This document shows, piece by piece, positions 49,264-59,338 of a stretch of DNA of 64,000 nt. A model generated the notes under the pieces. That model was not told the DNA's origin. It searched no databases and was given only the letters and a program-made list of their open reading frames with translations. The stretch's first letter is position 1; each line of letters begins with the position of its first letter. The stretch comes from an uncultured Phycisphaerales bacterium (GTDB taxonomy: Bacteria > Planctomycetota > Phycisphaerae > Tepidisphaerales > Tepidisphaeraceae). The position numbers and the translations under genes were made by a program. Location: the NCBI GenBank assembly GCA_963755915.1, contig CAVWLP010000003.1:992001-1056000 (forward strand). Direction: 5' to 3'.

Positions 49264-51603
49264 TTAATCCATTTGGTAGCGCATTTCCACCTGAGGGCCG
49301 ACGACTCTGACGGTCATGTCGTGGGCGATGTCGGAATACATGGGATCGGCGGTGGCGCTGCCCCAGGCGAGGGCGAATTGCTCGAGCTGGGTTTCGGCGT
49401 GCATTTTTTCGCTGACGCCCAGGACTACCTCGTTGGCTTTCAGATCGCGGGCGGCGGTGGCGATGGCGAAGAGGGGGTTGTTGGTCGGTAATACGACGGG
49501 GTGAACTTCCTTGCCGACTTGCTCGGCGATGGTGACGATTTTGGTCAGCAGATCGCGGTCGCTTTCGTCGACGCTGGTTTCCTGGGGGGTTACGCCGAAG
49601 GTGCGGGCGGGGAGTACCTTGCAGGTGACGACGACGACGTCGCGCTGGGTGGTGTCGACTTCCTGGAGAATGCGCTGGAGGACGGGGAGACTGTGCGGGC
49701 CGCGGGCGGCGATGACGACGGGCTTGGGATGTTTGAGGCCGAGGGCTTCGATGGAGACGCCGTCGCGGAGCGCTCGTTGAATTGCTCGAGATGCTCGTGC
49801 TTTCCGCCGTGGCGGCGATGGGAGATTTTTTCGACGATGAGGAAGACGATGAGGAAGGCGACGGTGAACCCGACGCCCCAGATGGTGGCGGTTTTCTTGG
49901 TGAGGAGGTTGATCAGGGCGGTGCTGGCGAGGATGAGGAAGACGGCGAAGATTCCGATGGGGAGATCGAGCTCGCGTTCCTTGGTGCGTTTGTGGATGTT
50001 GAAGCGGGACGCGGTATTGGCGCGGCGAGCGGTCCTTTAAGCGGAGGAAGGCCATGGACATGGTCATGAAGACGAAGGACCAGATGACGCCGAAGGCGTA
50101 GGCTTCGCCGAGGGTGTCGACGTCGCCGGAGCTGGCGACGATGACGATCGAGCTGCATGATGGCGATGAGGTTGATGAGCCGATGGGTGGTTCCGAAGCG
50201 TTTGTGGGGATGCTGGAACCACGGGGTGAGGACGCCATCTTCGGCGAGGCGATTGAGGACGCCGTTGGAGCCGACCATGCTGGTGTTGACGGCGCCGGCG
50301 AGGATGAGGAAGCCGACGATGACGACGAAACATTCCATAATGATTTTGAGGAGGGAGGGCCCGGCGAGGTATTGGACGAGGCCGTTGATGAGGTTATCGC
50401 GATATCCGCCGTTGTCGCGCTGGACGTGGTGATCGGCGTCGAGCATGACGAGCTGGGTGGTTTTGTCGAGGTGTTCTTCGCCTTTGTTGTCGAACCAGCG
50501 ATCAAGTCGGTAGCCCCAGTCGTGGGGATGCTGGGCGTCGTGCTGGCGGAGGTAATCGACTTCGACGTAGTCTTTGCCGGCTGAACTTGGCGGGGTGATC
50601 CGTTCTGGACGACCATGGTCATGACGCGTTTGCCGTCGGGGATGATGAAGATGGCGAAGAAGCTGATGAGGCTCGTAAGGAGCATGGAGTAGAGGAAGAT
50701 GACGAATCCGGCGCGGAGGAGATTTTTGAGCTTGGGGGCTTCGATTTCGCGATTGACCTGGGCGAGGGATTCTTCACCGCTCATGGCGAGAAGCGTGTGG
50801 CCGAAGGCGATGAGAATGCCGAGGGCGCCGACGATGCGGGGGAAATCTTCGAGCCAGCCTTTGGAGGATTCGTTGCCACCGATGCCGGAATCGGTGAAGA
50901 CGGGATGGAGTGGCGGAGCGGAGCAACGGGAGATGGTGCATGAAGATGGTGAGGATGCTCCAGCCGATGATGAGGACGCCCATGACGGTGGTGAGCTGCA
51001 TGATGCGGAGGGCTTTGTCGCAGGATTCGTGGATTCCGACGATGTTGACGCGCCAGAAGTAGATGGTGATGAAGATGGCGAGGACGACCGTGCCGGCGTT
51101 GATGAGGTGCTGGGTTCGGCTCCGCTGGTCACGATGGGCGGGTGACCGATGTGGCGGAGGAAGACGTTCATCATGTCGACGAAGAGGCCGAGCATGTACT
51201 GGCCGGCGGAGACGGCGCTGATGGGGCCGGTGAGGATGTAATCGAACATGAGGGCGCTGACGGAGAGCTTGGCGAGGCCGCCGCCGATGGCGCCTTTGAC
51301 GACGCGGTAGACGCCGCCGCGGGTGAACATGGTGCAGCTTTCGACGTAGACGGCGCGGACGGCGTAGCTGAAGAGCATGACACCGAGGATGAACCAGGGG
51401 GCGGCCTTGCCGATGGCCTGCTCGGAGATCCCGCCGATGTAGTAGGCGGTGGAGGCGAGGTCGCAAAGGACGATAGCGGCGGCGCGCCAGAAGCTGATGA
51501 AGGCGAGGGCGACGCTGGAGACGACGAGGACGTTGATGGCCTTTCGCTGGCCGGTGTCGGGGAGCTGGGCGAAATCGAAATCACTGGTAGGGACTTGTGC
51601 CAT
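49264..51603 (-). CDS. APC-superfamily transporter, YdaO/KimA-like, with C-terminal USP-like domain (multiple frameshifts)
   Basis: DLASTAYY, GGVYRVVK, DYILTGPISAVSA, MSGEESLAQV, AYAFGVIWSF; cytoplasmic tail ANEVVLGVS. Confidence 0.8.
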   Translation of the reverse strand: MAQVPTSDFDFAQLPDTGQRKAINVLVVSSVALAFISFWRAAAIVLCDLASTAYYIGGISEQAIGKAAPWFILGVMLFSYAVRAVYVESCTMFTRGGVYRVVKGAIGGGLAKLSVSALMFDYILTGPISAVSAGQYMLGLFVDMMNVFLRHIGHPPIVTSGAEPSTSSTPARSSSPSSSPSTSGASTSSESTNPATKPSASCSSPPSWASSSSAGASSPSSCTISRCSAPPLHPVFTDSGIGGNESSKGWLEDFPRIVGALGILIAFGHTLLAMSGEESLAQVNREIEAPKLKNLLRAGFVIFLYSMLLTSLISFFAIFIIPDGKRVMTMVVQNGSPRQVQPAKTTSKSITSASTTPSIPTTGATDLIAGSTTKAKNTSTKPPSSSCSTPITTSSATTADIAITSSTASSNTSPGPPSSKSLWNVSSSSSASSSSPAPSTPAWSAPTASSIASPKMASSPRGSSIPTNASEPPIGSSTSSPSCSSIVIVASSGDVDTLGEAYAFGVIWSFVFMTMSMAFLRLKDRSPRQYRVPLQHPQTHQGTRARSPHRNLRRLPHPRQHRPDQPPHQENRHHLGRRVHRRLPHRLPHRRKNLPSPPRRKARASRAIQRALRDGVSIEALGLKHPKPVVIAARGPHSLPVLQRILQEVDTTQRDVVVVTCKVLPARTFGVTPQETSVDESDRDLLTKIVTIAEQVGKEVHPVVLPTNNPLFAIATAARDLKANEVVLGVSEKMHAETQLEQFALAWGSATADPMYSDIAHDMTVRVVGPQVEMRYQMD

Positions 51604-51762
51604 GGGAATTCTGCAATCCTTTGGGTCTAGGTCGGCAATGCAAAATGCAAGCCGACGGTGCGCAGGGCGGACCGCGATCGGATCAGGAGCGAGCGAGTTA
51701 GCAAAGGGGGGAACGCTTCAAGTGGGGTGGCTGATGAGGCCGTGTGAACCCAAGCGTAATTT

Positions 51763-52005
51763 CCCTTTCAGAGGCCGACGGGGTTAGCTGACGGGCTGGG
51801 CGCAGAAAGTCGCCCTCGGTATTGCCGAACCGATTCGCCCCTGCCGGGTGGGTTGGAGGCGGAAACAAGTCGCTGCGAGCACCGAACCGCTCGGGCCGCC
51901 GCTTCGTTTCCGTAAACCATCCCATCAGGCTGCACGAGGCACTCGCCCCGTGATGGGTTCCCCGCGCGATGGATTTCTCCAAAGCTTAGGCGGATTACGA
52001 AGGGG
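51763..52005 (-). ncRNA. c-di-AMP (ydaO-yuaA) riboswitch with large insertion
   Basis: Minus strand ...GCGGGGAACCCA...GGGGCGAAUC...AGGGCGAC...GCCCAGCCCGUCAGCUAACCCCGUCGGC; P1 CCCUUC/GAAAGGG; upstream of a ydaO-like gene. Confidence 0.82.
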
Positions 52006-52008
52006 GGT

Positions 52009-52035
52009 AGGATAGATTTTTGGGGGGGAAGTCAA
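52009..52035 (-). promoter_or_regulatory. Promoter for the riboswitch leader
   Basis: TTGACT-N15-TATCCT (spacer contains homopolymers) directly 5' of P1. Confidence 0.5.
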
Positions 52036-52154
52036 GGAATGTTTTGGTGGGGACCTTGGGTACAAAAGGTAACAGTCGGCAACAATTTGGGGGGATTGGG
52101 GGGAGTGGGAAATTCGAACTCGAAATTCGAATGCTTGAAACGGGGAGGCAGGCG

Positions 52155-53768
52155 TTATGGATGTTGTTGGCTCGGTGCGGCTTTTTTGGGTGGGCAATCT
52201 CGGTGCTCGCCGAGTAGGCGGAAGGAGAGCTTTTCGACTCGGAAACAGAGGGGGTTGGCTTTTGGGGCGATGGCGTTGGCGGCGTTGGACTCGATTTCGC
52301 ATCGCATCGGCTGGCAGGATTCCAAGGGGATGTTAAGGGTGATTTCCTGACGGACGATGCAGCCGTTCCAGGGCTGTGAACTCATCGCGCGGTCCTGAGG
52401 GACGCAATATTGGAGCATTCGCTGCCAGCTTCCGAAGCAGTCTGTCCATGGGGGCGACAAGGGAGGCATGTCGGAGGGAGTGAAGCGGGCGGTGACGTCG
52501 GGGGCGGTTCCGGTGCCCGGGACGATTTGGAGGTTGATGGTTCCGTCTGGGTGGCGATCCATTTGTGCGTGTTGGGGGACGTGCATGGGGATGTTTTCGG
52601 CGAGCAATCTGGCGGCGAGGGCGTAGAGGGGGCCGGCGATTGTGATCGTCAGAAACTGGATTCCCCGTTTGCCTGAGACGGGGTCGTAGACGTGAATGCG
52701 CCAGTTGGATTGGATCGGACTTCTGAATAGTTTGCGCAGGGGGCCAAGACATCGGGGGCCGAAGTGGCCGTGGCGGAAGGTGAGAAAGGTGAAGAGGGCG
52801 TAGCGGCCCTCGGGGCCGAGGCGTTGCAATTGCAGGGGACGATCGACAAAACCTTCGACTGATTGGGCGTCGACGAGATAGTTTACGTAGATCACGTCGG
52901 TGATGTCGCTGTCCATTGGGAGAGCGGGAATGAGGCCGACGAGTGCGCGGGCGACACGGCTGTTGGCGAGAAGATTCCAGGACCAGGGGAGCAAACCGGT
53001 GGCGGGATAGCGGGCGAGGGCGTGGCGGCCGTAGGAGGTGACGGGCCGGCGGCGAAGTAAGACGATTTCAGTGATGCTGGCGAGCCAGATCATTAAAAAG
53101 ACGAATCCGATGGCGTTGCCGGCACCGACGACTGCGGTGAGCCATGGTGGGCGGGTGAATGAAGCGGGAAGGAGTGCGACGACGGTTGCGATTGCGAACA
53201 TGGGCCAGACGGAGGATGAGATCCAGGTGAGGCGGCGAGACCACATTCCGGAAGCGGCGAAGGACCAGGTCCAGCCGAGAGCGGCGAGGACGTATCCGAG
53301 GGTGGCGAGGCCGGCCATGCGATAGAAAATTCGGGATTCGAGAGCGGCGTAGCTTGTAAAGTCGAGAAGCGATATCGCGTGGCGGGCGGCGGCGGGTCCG
53401 TCATATACCCACAGGAATTGGCCGCTGAGATCGGCAGTGTTGGCGGCGGCGGTGACGATGAAGGTGAGGATGGCGGGTAGTTTGGGGATCCAAGGGGAGC
53501 AGCAGAGGGCGAGGGCCAAAATCAGATCGGAGATTGCGGTGACTTGCCAGGGAATCCATCCGAGCCGCCAGATGTAGGGGTGTTGTGCGACATAGCGTGC
53601 GCGGTCGGCGAGGTTTTGGGAGAGGCCGCCGGGCACGCCGGGGAGGAGGGGGAGCATGGCAATCATGGCGGCGCCGTGGGCGATGAGGGTGAAGAGGAGG
53701 GCCCATTCGAGGAATTGGGCGGCCATTTGTGGGGCGGGTTGTTGGGGGGTTAGAGCGGGAGAGTCCAT
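52155..53768 (-). CDS. Membrane protein fused to a DUF2071/YqjF-like domain
   Basis: ~6 TM N-terminal half; VIYVNYLVD..QSNWRIHV..GIQF C-terminal domain. Confidence 0.65.
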   Translation of the reverse strand: MDSPALTPQQPAPQMAAQFLEWALLFTLIAHGAAMIAMLPLLPGVPGGLSQNLADRARYVAQHPYIWRLGWIPWQVTAISDLILALALCCSPWIPKLPAILTFIVTAAANTADLSGQFLWVYDGPAAARHAISLLDFTSYAALESRIFYRMAGLATLGYVLAALGWTWSFAASGMWSRRLTWISSSVWPMFAIATVVALLPASFTRPPWLTAVVGAGNAIGFVFLMIWLASITEIVLLRRRPVTSYGRHALARYPATGLLPWSWNLLANSRVARALVGLIPALPMDSDITDVIYVNYLVDAQSVEGFVDRPLQLQRLGPEGRYALFTFLTFRHGHFGPRCLGPLRKLFRSPIQSNWRIHVYDPVSGKRGIQFLTITIAGPLYALAARLLAENIPMHVPQHAQMDRHPDGTINLQIVPGTGTAPDVTARFTPSDMPPLSPPWTDCFGSWQRMLQYCVPQDRAMSSQPWNGCIVRQEITLNIPLESCQPMRCEIESNAANAIAPKANPLCFRVEKLSFRLLGEHRDCPPKKAAPSQQHP

Positions 53769-53831
53769 AGTTTGTTTTTCGGCGAAAAGTGGGGGAGGGG
53801 ATTATTGGCGGAGGAAATAGGCGGGGGGAAT

Positions 53832-53857
53832 CGGCGAGCAAGCTCGCCGGCTACACG
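53832..53857 (-). repeat. GTAG-type REP (identical copy at 60648-60673)
   Basis: Minus strand CGTGTAG-CCGGCGAGC-TT-GCTCGCCG. Confidence 0.8.
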
Positions 53858-53870
53858 GGGGAGTGGGGGC

Positions 53871-55805
53871 TTAATGTATTTCAGGAGAATGGTGATCTGC
53901 GGTTGGGGTTTGGCGGTAGATGAGCATGTCGCCGTAGTCGAGGATTTGCGTGGTGTTTTGGGAGGGGAATTGAAGGGTGGTGTTGGTGTCGATGAGGAGG
54001 TGGAGGGTGGAGGAATTATCGATCGTACATTCGGCTTTTTTGGTGATGTAATAGACGGTGTGGGGCGGGGCGGTGGGGTCGGAGGTGATGACAACGCGGG
54101 TATCATCGACGTGCCGGTAGGACATGAAGGAGTAGTTGAGGCGGCTGTCGCGCTTAAAGAAGAGTTCCTGGGGTTTGAGGGGTTTATGGGTGACGGGGTC
54201 GAGGAACGTGGTTCGGTACCAGAGGTAGAAGAAGGTGGGCTCCTGGACGCTGGCGCTGGTGATGACGGTGTCGCCTGGGCGGAGGAGGGGCTGGAGAAAT
54301 TCGGCAGCGACGGCGGCTTCGGGGAATTGGGAATAGACCTGTGCGGGATAAGAGGCGATATAGCGGGTAGCGAGGGTCGCGGCGGCGAGGAAGAGTGAAG
54401 CGAGGAGAACGGGACGAACGGGTCGGCCGACCAGGTCGAGCAGGAGGGTGAAGCCTGCGTCGGCGAGGAGGATGAAGATGGGGACGAGGAAAATCCAGGT
54501 GCGCGGGAAGGGGATGCGGTGTTGGGCGAAGAGAATGACGGCGGAGCCGAGGAGGGTGAGGGGGAGGAGGAGAAACATGGGCCATTGGCGGCGGACGGCG
54601 GAGGCGAAGAAACCGGCGAGGAGAAAGAAGGCGAAGACGGCGAGGGTTGCCGGTGGGATGTGGTCGGTGATGGTGATGAAGGTGTCGCGCAGGTGTGAGG
54701 TGAGTTGATGCAGAAAATCGTTGAAAGGCTGGGGTTTTACGAAAGTGTTGTGGACGATGCCTTGGAATCCGTTGGAGACGATGACGACAGGGGTGTAGAA
54801 GAGAGCGGTGAAGGCGAAGGTTAGGCCGGCGAACGGGGCGGCGAAGTGGAGGAGGATGGAGCGGAGGGTCCAGGCGCGCGTCAGTAACAGAGCGGCGATC
54901 CAGGTGAAGAGGCCGGCGACCATGAAGAGCATGGAGGGCATGGTGAGGAGGCCGAGGGCGGAGGCGAGGGAGATGAGGGCGAGGAGCGGGGGTGTGGGGT
55001 TGGTGAGGTAGTGTAAGCCGAGGAGGACGAGGAGGAGGGTCAGGAGGACGACGAGGGAGTAGCCGCGTCCGTTGGCGGAATAGAGGATGAGGAAGGGCCA
55101 GATGGCGAGTGCGGCGGCGGAGAAGTAGCCGGAGGGGGCAGGTTTGAAGGCGCGGGATAGCTTGAAAATGAGGGGGGTAGAGAAGAGGCCGCAGAGGAAA
55201 GCGGGTAGGCGGGCGGCGAAGGGGGAGTCGCCGAGGATGGACATGGAGATTTTTTCGAGGAGGGTGTTGAGGACGTGATTGTTGGGGACGAAATATTCGA
55301 GGATGAACGGGAATGGGGAGAGGACCTGGAAGAAGGTTCCAGCTTCGTCGCATTTCATGGGTGCGGCGAGGTAATAGGCGCGGGCGGCGGCGCCGATGAG
55401 CAACGCGATCAAGAGGCAGAGGGTGCCGGTTTGGGGAAGTAGACCAGCGTTCAGGCGGGCGCGGAGCATTTTGACGGCGGCGCGCGGGGCGGCGAGGAGG
55501 TGGGCGGCGAGGATGGGGAGGAGCGGGGAGCCAGATCGGATGCAGAGATAGCTGATGAGGGCGAGGAGCTCGGAGGAGATTCCGTAGAAGAGGCCGAGTT
55601 GGAAGAGGCCGGGGGAGCGTTTGGACCAGAGGGGGGAGTGATGGAGGCCGTTGAGGAGGGCGAGATGAATTTTCGGGGGGGTTAGGGCGAAGAATGCGAG
55701 ACCGAGGAGGGAGAGGAGGATTGGTTCGAGGAGGAATCGGTTGCGGGGGATAGAAGCGGCGGCCTGGAGTTGGTCGGTTTGCGTCGTGAAACCTGGCGCG
55801 CCCAT
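53871..55805 (-). CDS. GT-C fold (GT39/PMT-2-like) membrane glycosyltransferase
   Basis: CDEAGT, PNNHVL, ARLPAFLCG, YSANGRGYSL; ~13 TM. Confidence 0.78.
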   Translation of the reverse strand: MGAPGFTTQTDQLQAAASIPRNRFLLEPILLSLLGLAFFALTPPKIHLALLNGLHHSPLWSKRSPGLFQLGLFYGISSELLALISYLCIRSGSPLLPILAAHLLAAPRAAVKMLRARLNAGLLPQTGTLCLLIALLIGAAARAYYLAAPMKCDEAGTFFQVLSPFPFILEYFVPNNHVLNTLLEKISMSILGDSPFAARLPAFLCGLFSTPLIFKLSRAFKPAPSGYFSAAALAIWPFLILYSANGRGYSLVVLLTLLLVLLGLHYLTNPTPPLLALISLASALGLLTMPSMLFMVAGLFTWIAALLLTRAWTLRSILLHFAAPFAGLTFAFTALFYTPVVIVSNGFQGIVHNTFVKPQPFNDFLHQLTSHLRDTFITITDHIPPATLAVFAFFLLAGFFASAVRRQWPMFLLLPLTLLGSAVILFAQHRIPFPRTWIFLVPIFILLADAGFTLLLDLVGRPVRPVLLASLFLAAATLATRYIASYPAQVYSQFPEAAVAAEFLQPLLRPGDTVITSASVQEPTFFYLWYRTTFLDPVTHKPLKPQELFFKRDSRLNYSFMSYRHVDDTRVVITSDPTAPPHTVYYITKKAECTIDNSSTLHLLIDTNTTLQFPSQNTTQILDYGDMLIYRQTPTADHHSPEIH

Positions 55806-55951
55806 GTGGGAATCCCTGAAGTGAATCACGCGGCAGCGCGTGATTGGGGGGATTATACATGGGACCGGGGGGCGGGCAATAAATTTGCGGTGAGGCATGG
55901 GAGTGCTGGGGGGGATGCTGGGGGATGGAAAATAAGTAAGATGGCTGGGAC

Positions 55952-56962
55952 ATGAGTGAGAAAAAATTGAGAGCGGGAGTGATTGGTTGTGGTCGGATGG
56001 GGCGGCTGCATGCGCGGGTTTATTCGCAAATGCAGCAGGTTTCGGTGATGGGGGTTTTTGATGCGGATGGGGAGGCGGCTGCGGGAGTGGCGGATGAGTT
56101 TGGGGTGCCGCATCGAAAGACGCTGGAGGAATTGCTCTCGAATGTCGATGCGGTCACCATCGCGGTTCCTACGAAATTTCATTTGAGCATTGCGGAGCAG
56201 TGTCTGAGCCGGAAGATCGCTTGTTTGATTGAAAAGCCGCTGGCGAAGGATGTGACGGAGGGGCAGCGGATCGTGGAGCTGGCGAAAGAGAACGGGACGA
56301 CGGTGCAGGTGGGGCATATCGAGCGGTTTAATCCGGCGATCCGGGCGATGTCGCGGTTGAAGATCGAGCCGAGGTTTCTGGAGGTGACGCGGATCAGCCC
56401 GATGACGTTTCGGAGCATCGATGTAGGCGTGGTGCTGGACATGATGATCCATGACATCGACATCGTGCTGTGGCTGGCGAATTCGAAGGTAACGAAGGTC
56501 GATGCGATCGGGGTGAGCGTGATCGGGGACGTTGAAGATATCTGCAATGCGCGACTGACGTTTGAGAACGGGTGCGTGGCAAACCTGACGGCGAGCCGGC
56601 TGGCGATGCGGACGGATCGGCGGCTGCGGGTGTTCAGCCCGGATGCGTATGTTTCGATCGATTATCAGAAGCGGCATGGGACGGTGATTCGCAAGGGAGG
56701 GAATATCGACGCGGTGCGGGAGGCGGTGGCGAAGATCCGGAGCGGGGAAGTGGAGGATCTGTCGCAGCTTGATTACAAGAGTTTGGTGCATTTTGAGGAA
56801 TTGCCGATTGACGATGTGGAGCCGCTGAGGGCGGAGCTGGATTCGTTTGTGGAGGCGGTGAGGGGGAGGAGCAGGCCGCTGGTTACGGCGGAGGATGGGC
56901 TGCACGCGGTGGAGGTGGCGGCGCGGATTGTGGGGATGATTGGGGCTAGGACGTTGGGGTGA
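55952..56962 (+). CDS. Gfo/Idh/MocA oxidoreductase (GnnA-like)
   Basis: GCGRMG, IEKPLA, GHIERFNPA, DMMIHDID. Confidence 0.88.
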   Translation: MSEKKLRAGVIGCGRMGRLHARVYSQMQQVSVMGVFDADGEAAAGVADEFGVPHRKTLEELLSNVDAVTIAVPTKFHLSIAEQCLSRKIACLIEKPLAKDVTEGQRIVELAKENGTTVQVGHIERFNPAIRAMSRLKIEPRFLEVTRISPMTFRSIDVGVVLDMMIHDIDIVLWLANSKVTKVDAIGVSVIGDVEDICNARLTFENGCVANLTASRLAMRTDRRLRVFSPDAYVSIDYQKRHGTVIRKGGNIDAVREAVAKIRSGEVEDLSQLDYKSLVHFEELPIDDVEPLRAELDSFVEAVRGRSRPLVTAEDGLHAVEVAARIVGMIGARTLG

Positions 56963-56966
56963 GCAA

Positions 56967-57047
56967 GATTGCCGATTGCCGATTGCCAATTGCTGAATTA
57001 AAGGCGACCCCCTCCCCTGCCCTCCCCCGGGGTACCGGGGGCGGGGG
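56967..57047. repeat. Heptamer array plus GTAC palindrome between convergent genes
   Basis: attgccg attgccg attgcca attgctg...ccctcccccggggtaccgggggcggggg. Confidence 0.75.
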
Positions 57048-57070
57048 AAATTCAAAATCCCGTCCCGTTT

Positions 57071-58527
57071 TTATTCCTTAGACCATTGGGTGTAATTCTG
57101 CATGGCCATGTCTACGACCATGTCGATGTTGCGGTCGACTTGGTCTGGGTCGGTGGGTTGGACGATGTCTTCCATTTGTAGTTTTCGCATTTCTTCGTCG
57201 CGGCGTTGCTGGATCTGGAGGTCGCGGAGGTGGCGGGTGATGGTGTCCTGGACCTTTCGGTCGGCGAAGGCCTTGGTGCCGCCGGTGTCGCGGATGAGGA
57301 CTTTGAAGATGAAGTAGGCGTCGTGGTCGGCGATGACGTCGCTGATCTGACCGACGGGGGTTTTCCAGACGGCGTCTTCGACGTTGGTGAGGACGAAGGT
57401 GTTGGGCTTGATGACGATCTGGCCGCCGTTGCCCTGGTCGCCGACGGCGCCGGGGAGATCGTTGTCGGTTCGGCCGTACTCGGCGAAGTCTTCGCCGGCG
57501 AGGGCGCGGGCGCGGATTTTTTGGAGCTTGGCTTTGGCGGCGTCCTCGTCGCCGTTGAGCTTGTCGGGGTCGGATTCGATGAGAATGATGCTGGCCTGGG
57601 CGGGGGTGGTGAATTCGTCGATGTGGGCGGCGTAGTAGTTGCGTTCGTCATCGGCGGTGATGTCGACCTGGGGGTAGATTTTTCGGATGAGATAGAGGCG
57701 GTAGAGCCACTGGTGGTATTGGTCTTCCTCCTCGTCCTGGAAGCTTTCGCCGAATTGCTGGGCGCGGAGGCGAGCGACCTGTTCGGCGCCACCGACTTCG
57801 GCGACCTCGTGCTGCGCCCAGAGGCTGGTGAGCTGGCGGGCGAGCTGGATGTCCTTGGGGTCGAGGCTGCGTTCGGCGGCGGCGGCGGCGAGCTCGTCGT
57901 CGGTGAGGTTTTTGATGGTTCGTTCGATTTCGACGCGAGCGGCTTCCTGGAAGTCGGCGCGGTCCATTTCCTTGGCGTGCTTGCGGAGGGCGCTGGAGGC
58001 GAGGCGGAGGACCTTATCGGCGTAGATGGGATTGCCGTTGACGACGAGGACTACGCCGCCGAGGGTCATGTACTGGTCAGTTTCAAGGGAGGAGATTGGA
58101 GAGGGGTTGGTGGTGGGGACGGGAGGGCCGAGGGCGGAAGGGAGGGTGGTGGGGATTGAGGAGATGGGTGGGAGTTCGCCGACGGTGACGGGGGTTGCGG
58201 TTGAGGAGAAGGCGGAGACGTAGGGTGGAGCGTTGGATTGGCGCGGGCGTCGGGGAGGGAGGGGATTACGCCGGGCTGGTCGAGGGGGGCGATGGGGTTG
58301 GCGCCTGTGGGGGCGTGGCGGGCGTAGAATTCCTGGCTGGAGATTTGCTGGGGGCCGTTGGAGGAGCAGGAGGAAAGGCAAATCAGCGCTGTCAGAAGCA
58401 GGATGTTTGGGAGCGAGTGCAAGCCGAAGTATTTGACTGTGATTTTTTTCAGGCCCTCACCCCTACCCTCTCCCAGAGTACTGGGCGAGGGGGTAAGAGG
58501 GGGAAGTCTTTTGGGGGAATTAAACAC
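57071..58527 (-). CDS. SurA/PpiC-type peptidyl-prolyl isomerase lipoprotein (frameshifts in the Pro-rich linker)
   Basis: Lipobox LSSC; VVNGNPI; AGEDFAEY; VGQISDVI..YFIFKV. Confidence 0.75.
58452..58503. repeat. GTAC palindromic repeat at the 5' end of the SurA-like gene
   Basis: GGCCCTCACCCCTACCCTCTCCCAGAGTACTGGGCGAGGGGGTAAGAGG. Confidence 0.85.
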
Positions 58528-58536
58528 AGTCCTATT

Positions 58537-59328
58537 CTATCGCGCTGGTTGGGTTGCGGCGATGCGGGATTGCCAATCGTTGTCGGAATCGAATTGGACG
58601 GCGCCGTGGGCGAGGGCCCAGGGGACGAAGCCGTCGGGGGGGTTGCGGCAGGCCTGGATGTTGGCCATGAGGATGGATTGGATGGATTTCCAGTTGGAAA
58701 GATTGCTTAAGTCGGCGTTACGGAGATCGGCCTTGTCGAGGATACAGGCGGTGAAGTCGGCGCCGGCGAGGGTGGCGCCGTTGAAGTCGGCGTTGGTGAA
58801 GTCGGATTGGGCGAATTGAGCATTGCGGAGGTCGGCGGCGCGGAGGTTGGTGTAGATGAGGGTGGAGAGAGGGGCGATGGCGCTCTTGAGGTTGGATCCG
58901 CGCATGTCGGCGCCGCTGAGATTGGAGCGGGCGAGGCGGGCGCCGGGGATTTGGAGGTTGTGGAGGAAGGCGTCGGTGAGGTCGACGCCGACGAGATCGA
59001 CGTTGTCGGCGTTGAGGTCTTGCAGGGCGTCGATGCGGCCACCGCTGCCGCCCTTGCCCTGGGCGGAGTTGATGACCTGCCAGGCCTGGAAATGTTTTTG
59101 CTCGCGGCGGTCGTGGGAGCCGGCGAAGTAAAAGATGACACCGACGAGGATGCTGAGGGTGCCGCAGTATTCGAGGACTTCGAGGAAGACCCACCGTCCG
59201 AGGAACCAGGCGGCCCATTCGGAGAGCCATTCTACGGCGAGGAAGGGGAGGAGGAGGCGGTATCGGACGCGGTAGCGGTATTGCGCCCAGGGGGAGGGAC
59301 GGTGAGGCTCTTTGAAGACGTAGGGCAT
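58537..59328 (-). CDS. Membrane-anchored pentapeptide-repeat protein
   Basis: TM; AWQVI..GSGGRIDAL; A(D/N)L repeats. Confidence 0.85.
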   Translation of the reverse strand: MPYVFKEPHRPSPWAQYRYRVRYRLLLPFLAVEWLSEWAAWFLGRWVFLEVLEYCGTLSILVGVIFYFAGSHDRREQKHFQAWQVINSAQGKGGSGGRIDALQDLNADNVDLVGVDLTDAFLHNLQIPGARLARSNLSGADMRGSNLKSAIAPLSTLIYTNLRAADLRNAQFAQSDFTNADFNGATLAGADFTACILDKADLRNADLSNLSNWKSIQSILMANIQACRNPPDGFVPWALAHGAVQFDSDNDWQSRIAATQPAR

Positions 59329-59338
59329 GGCGCTGAAG

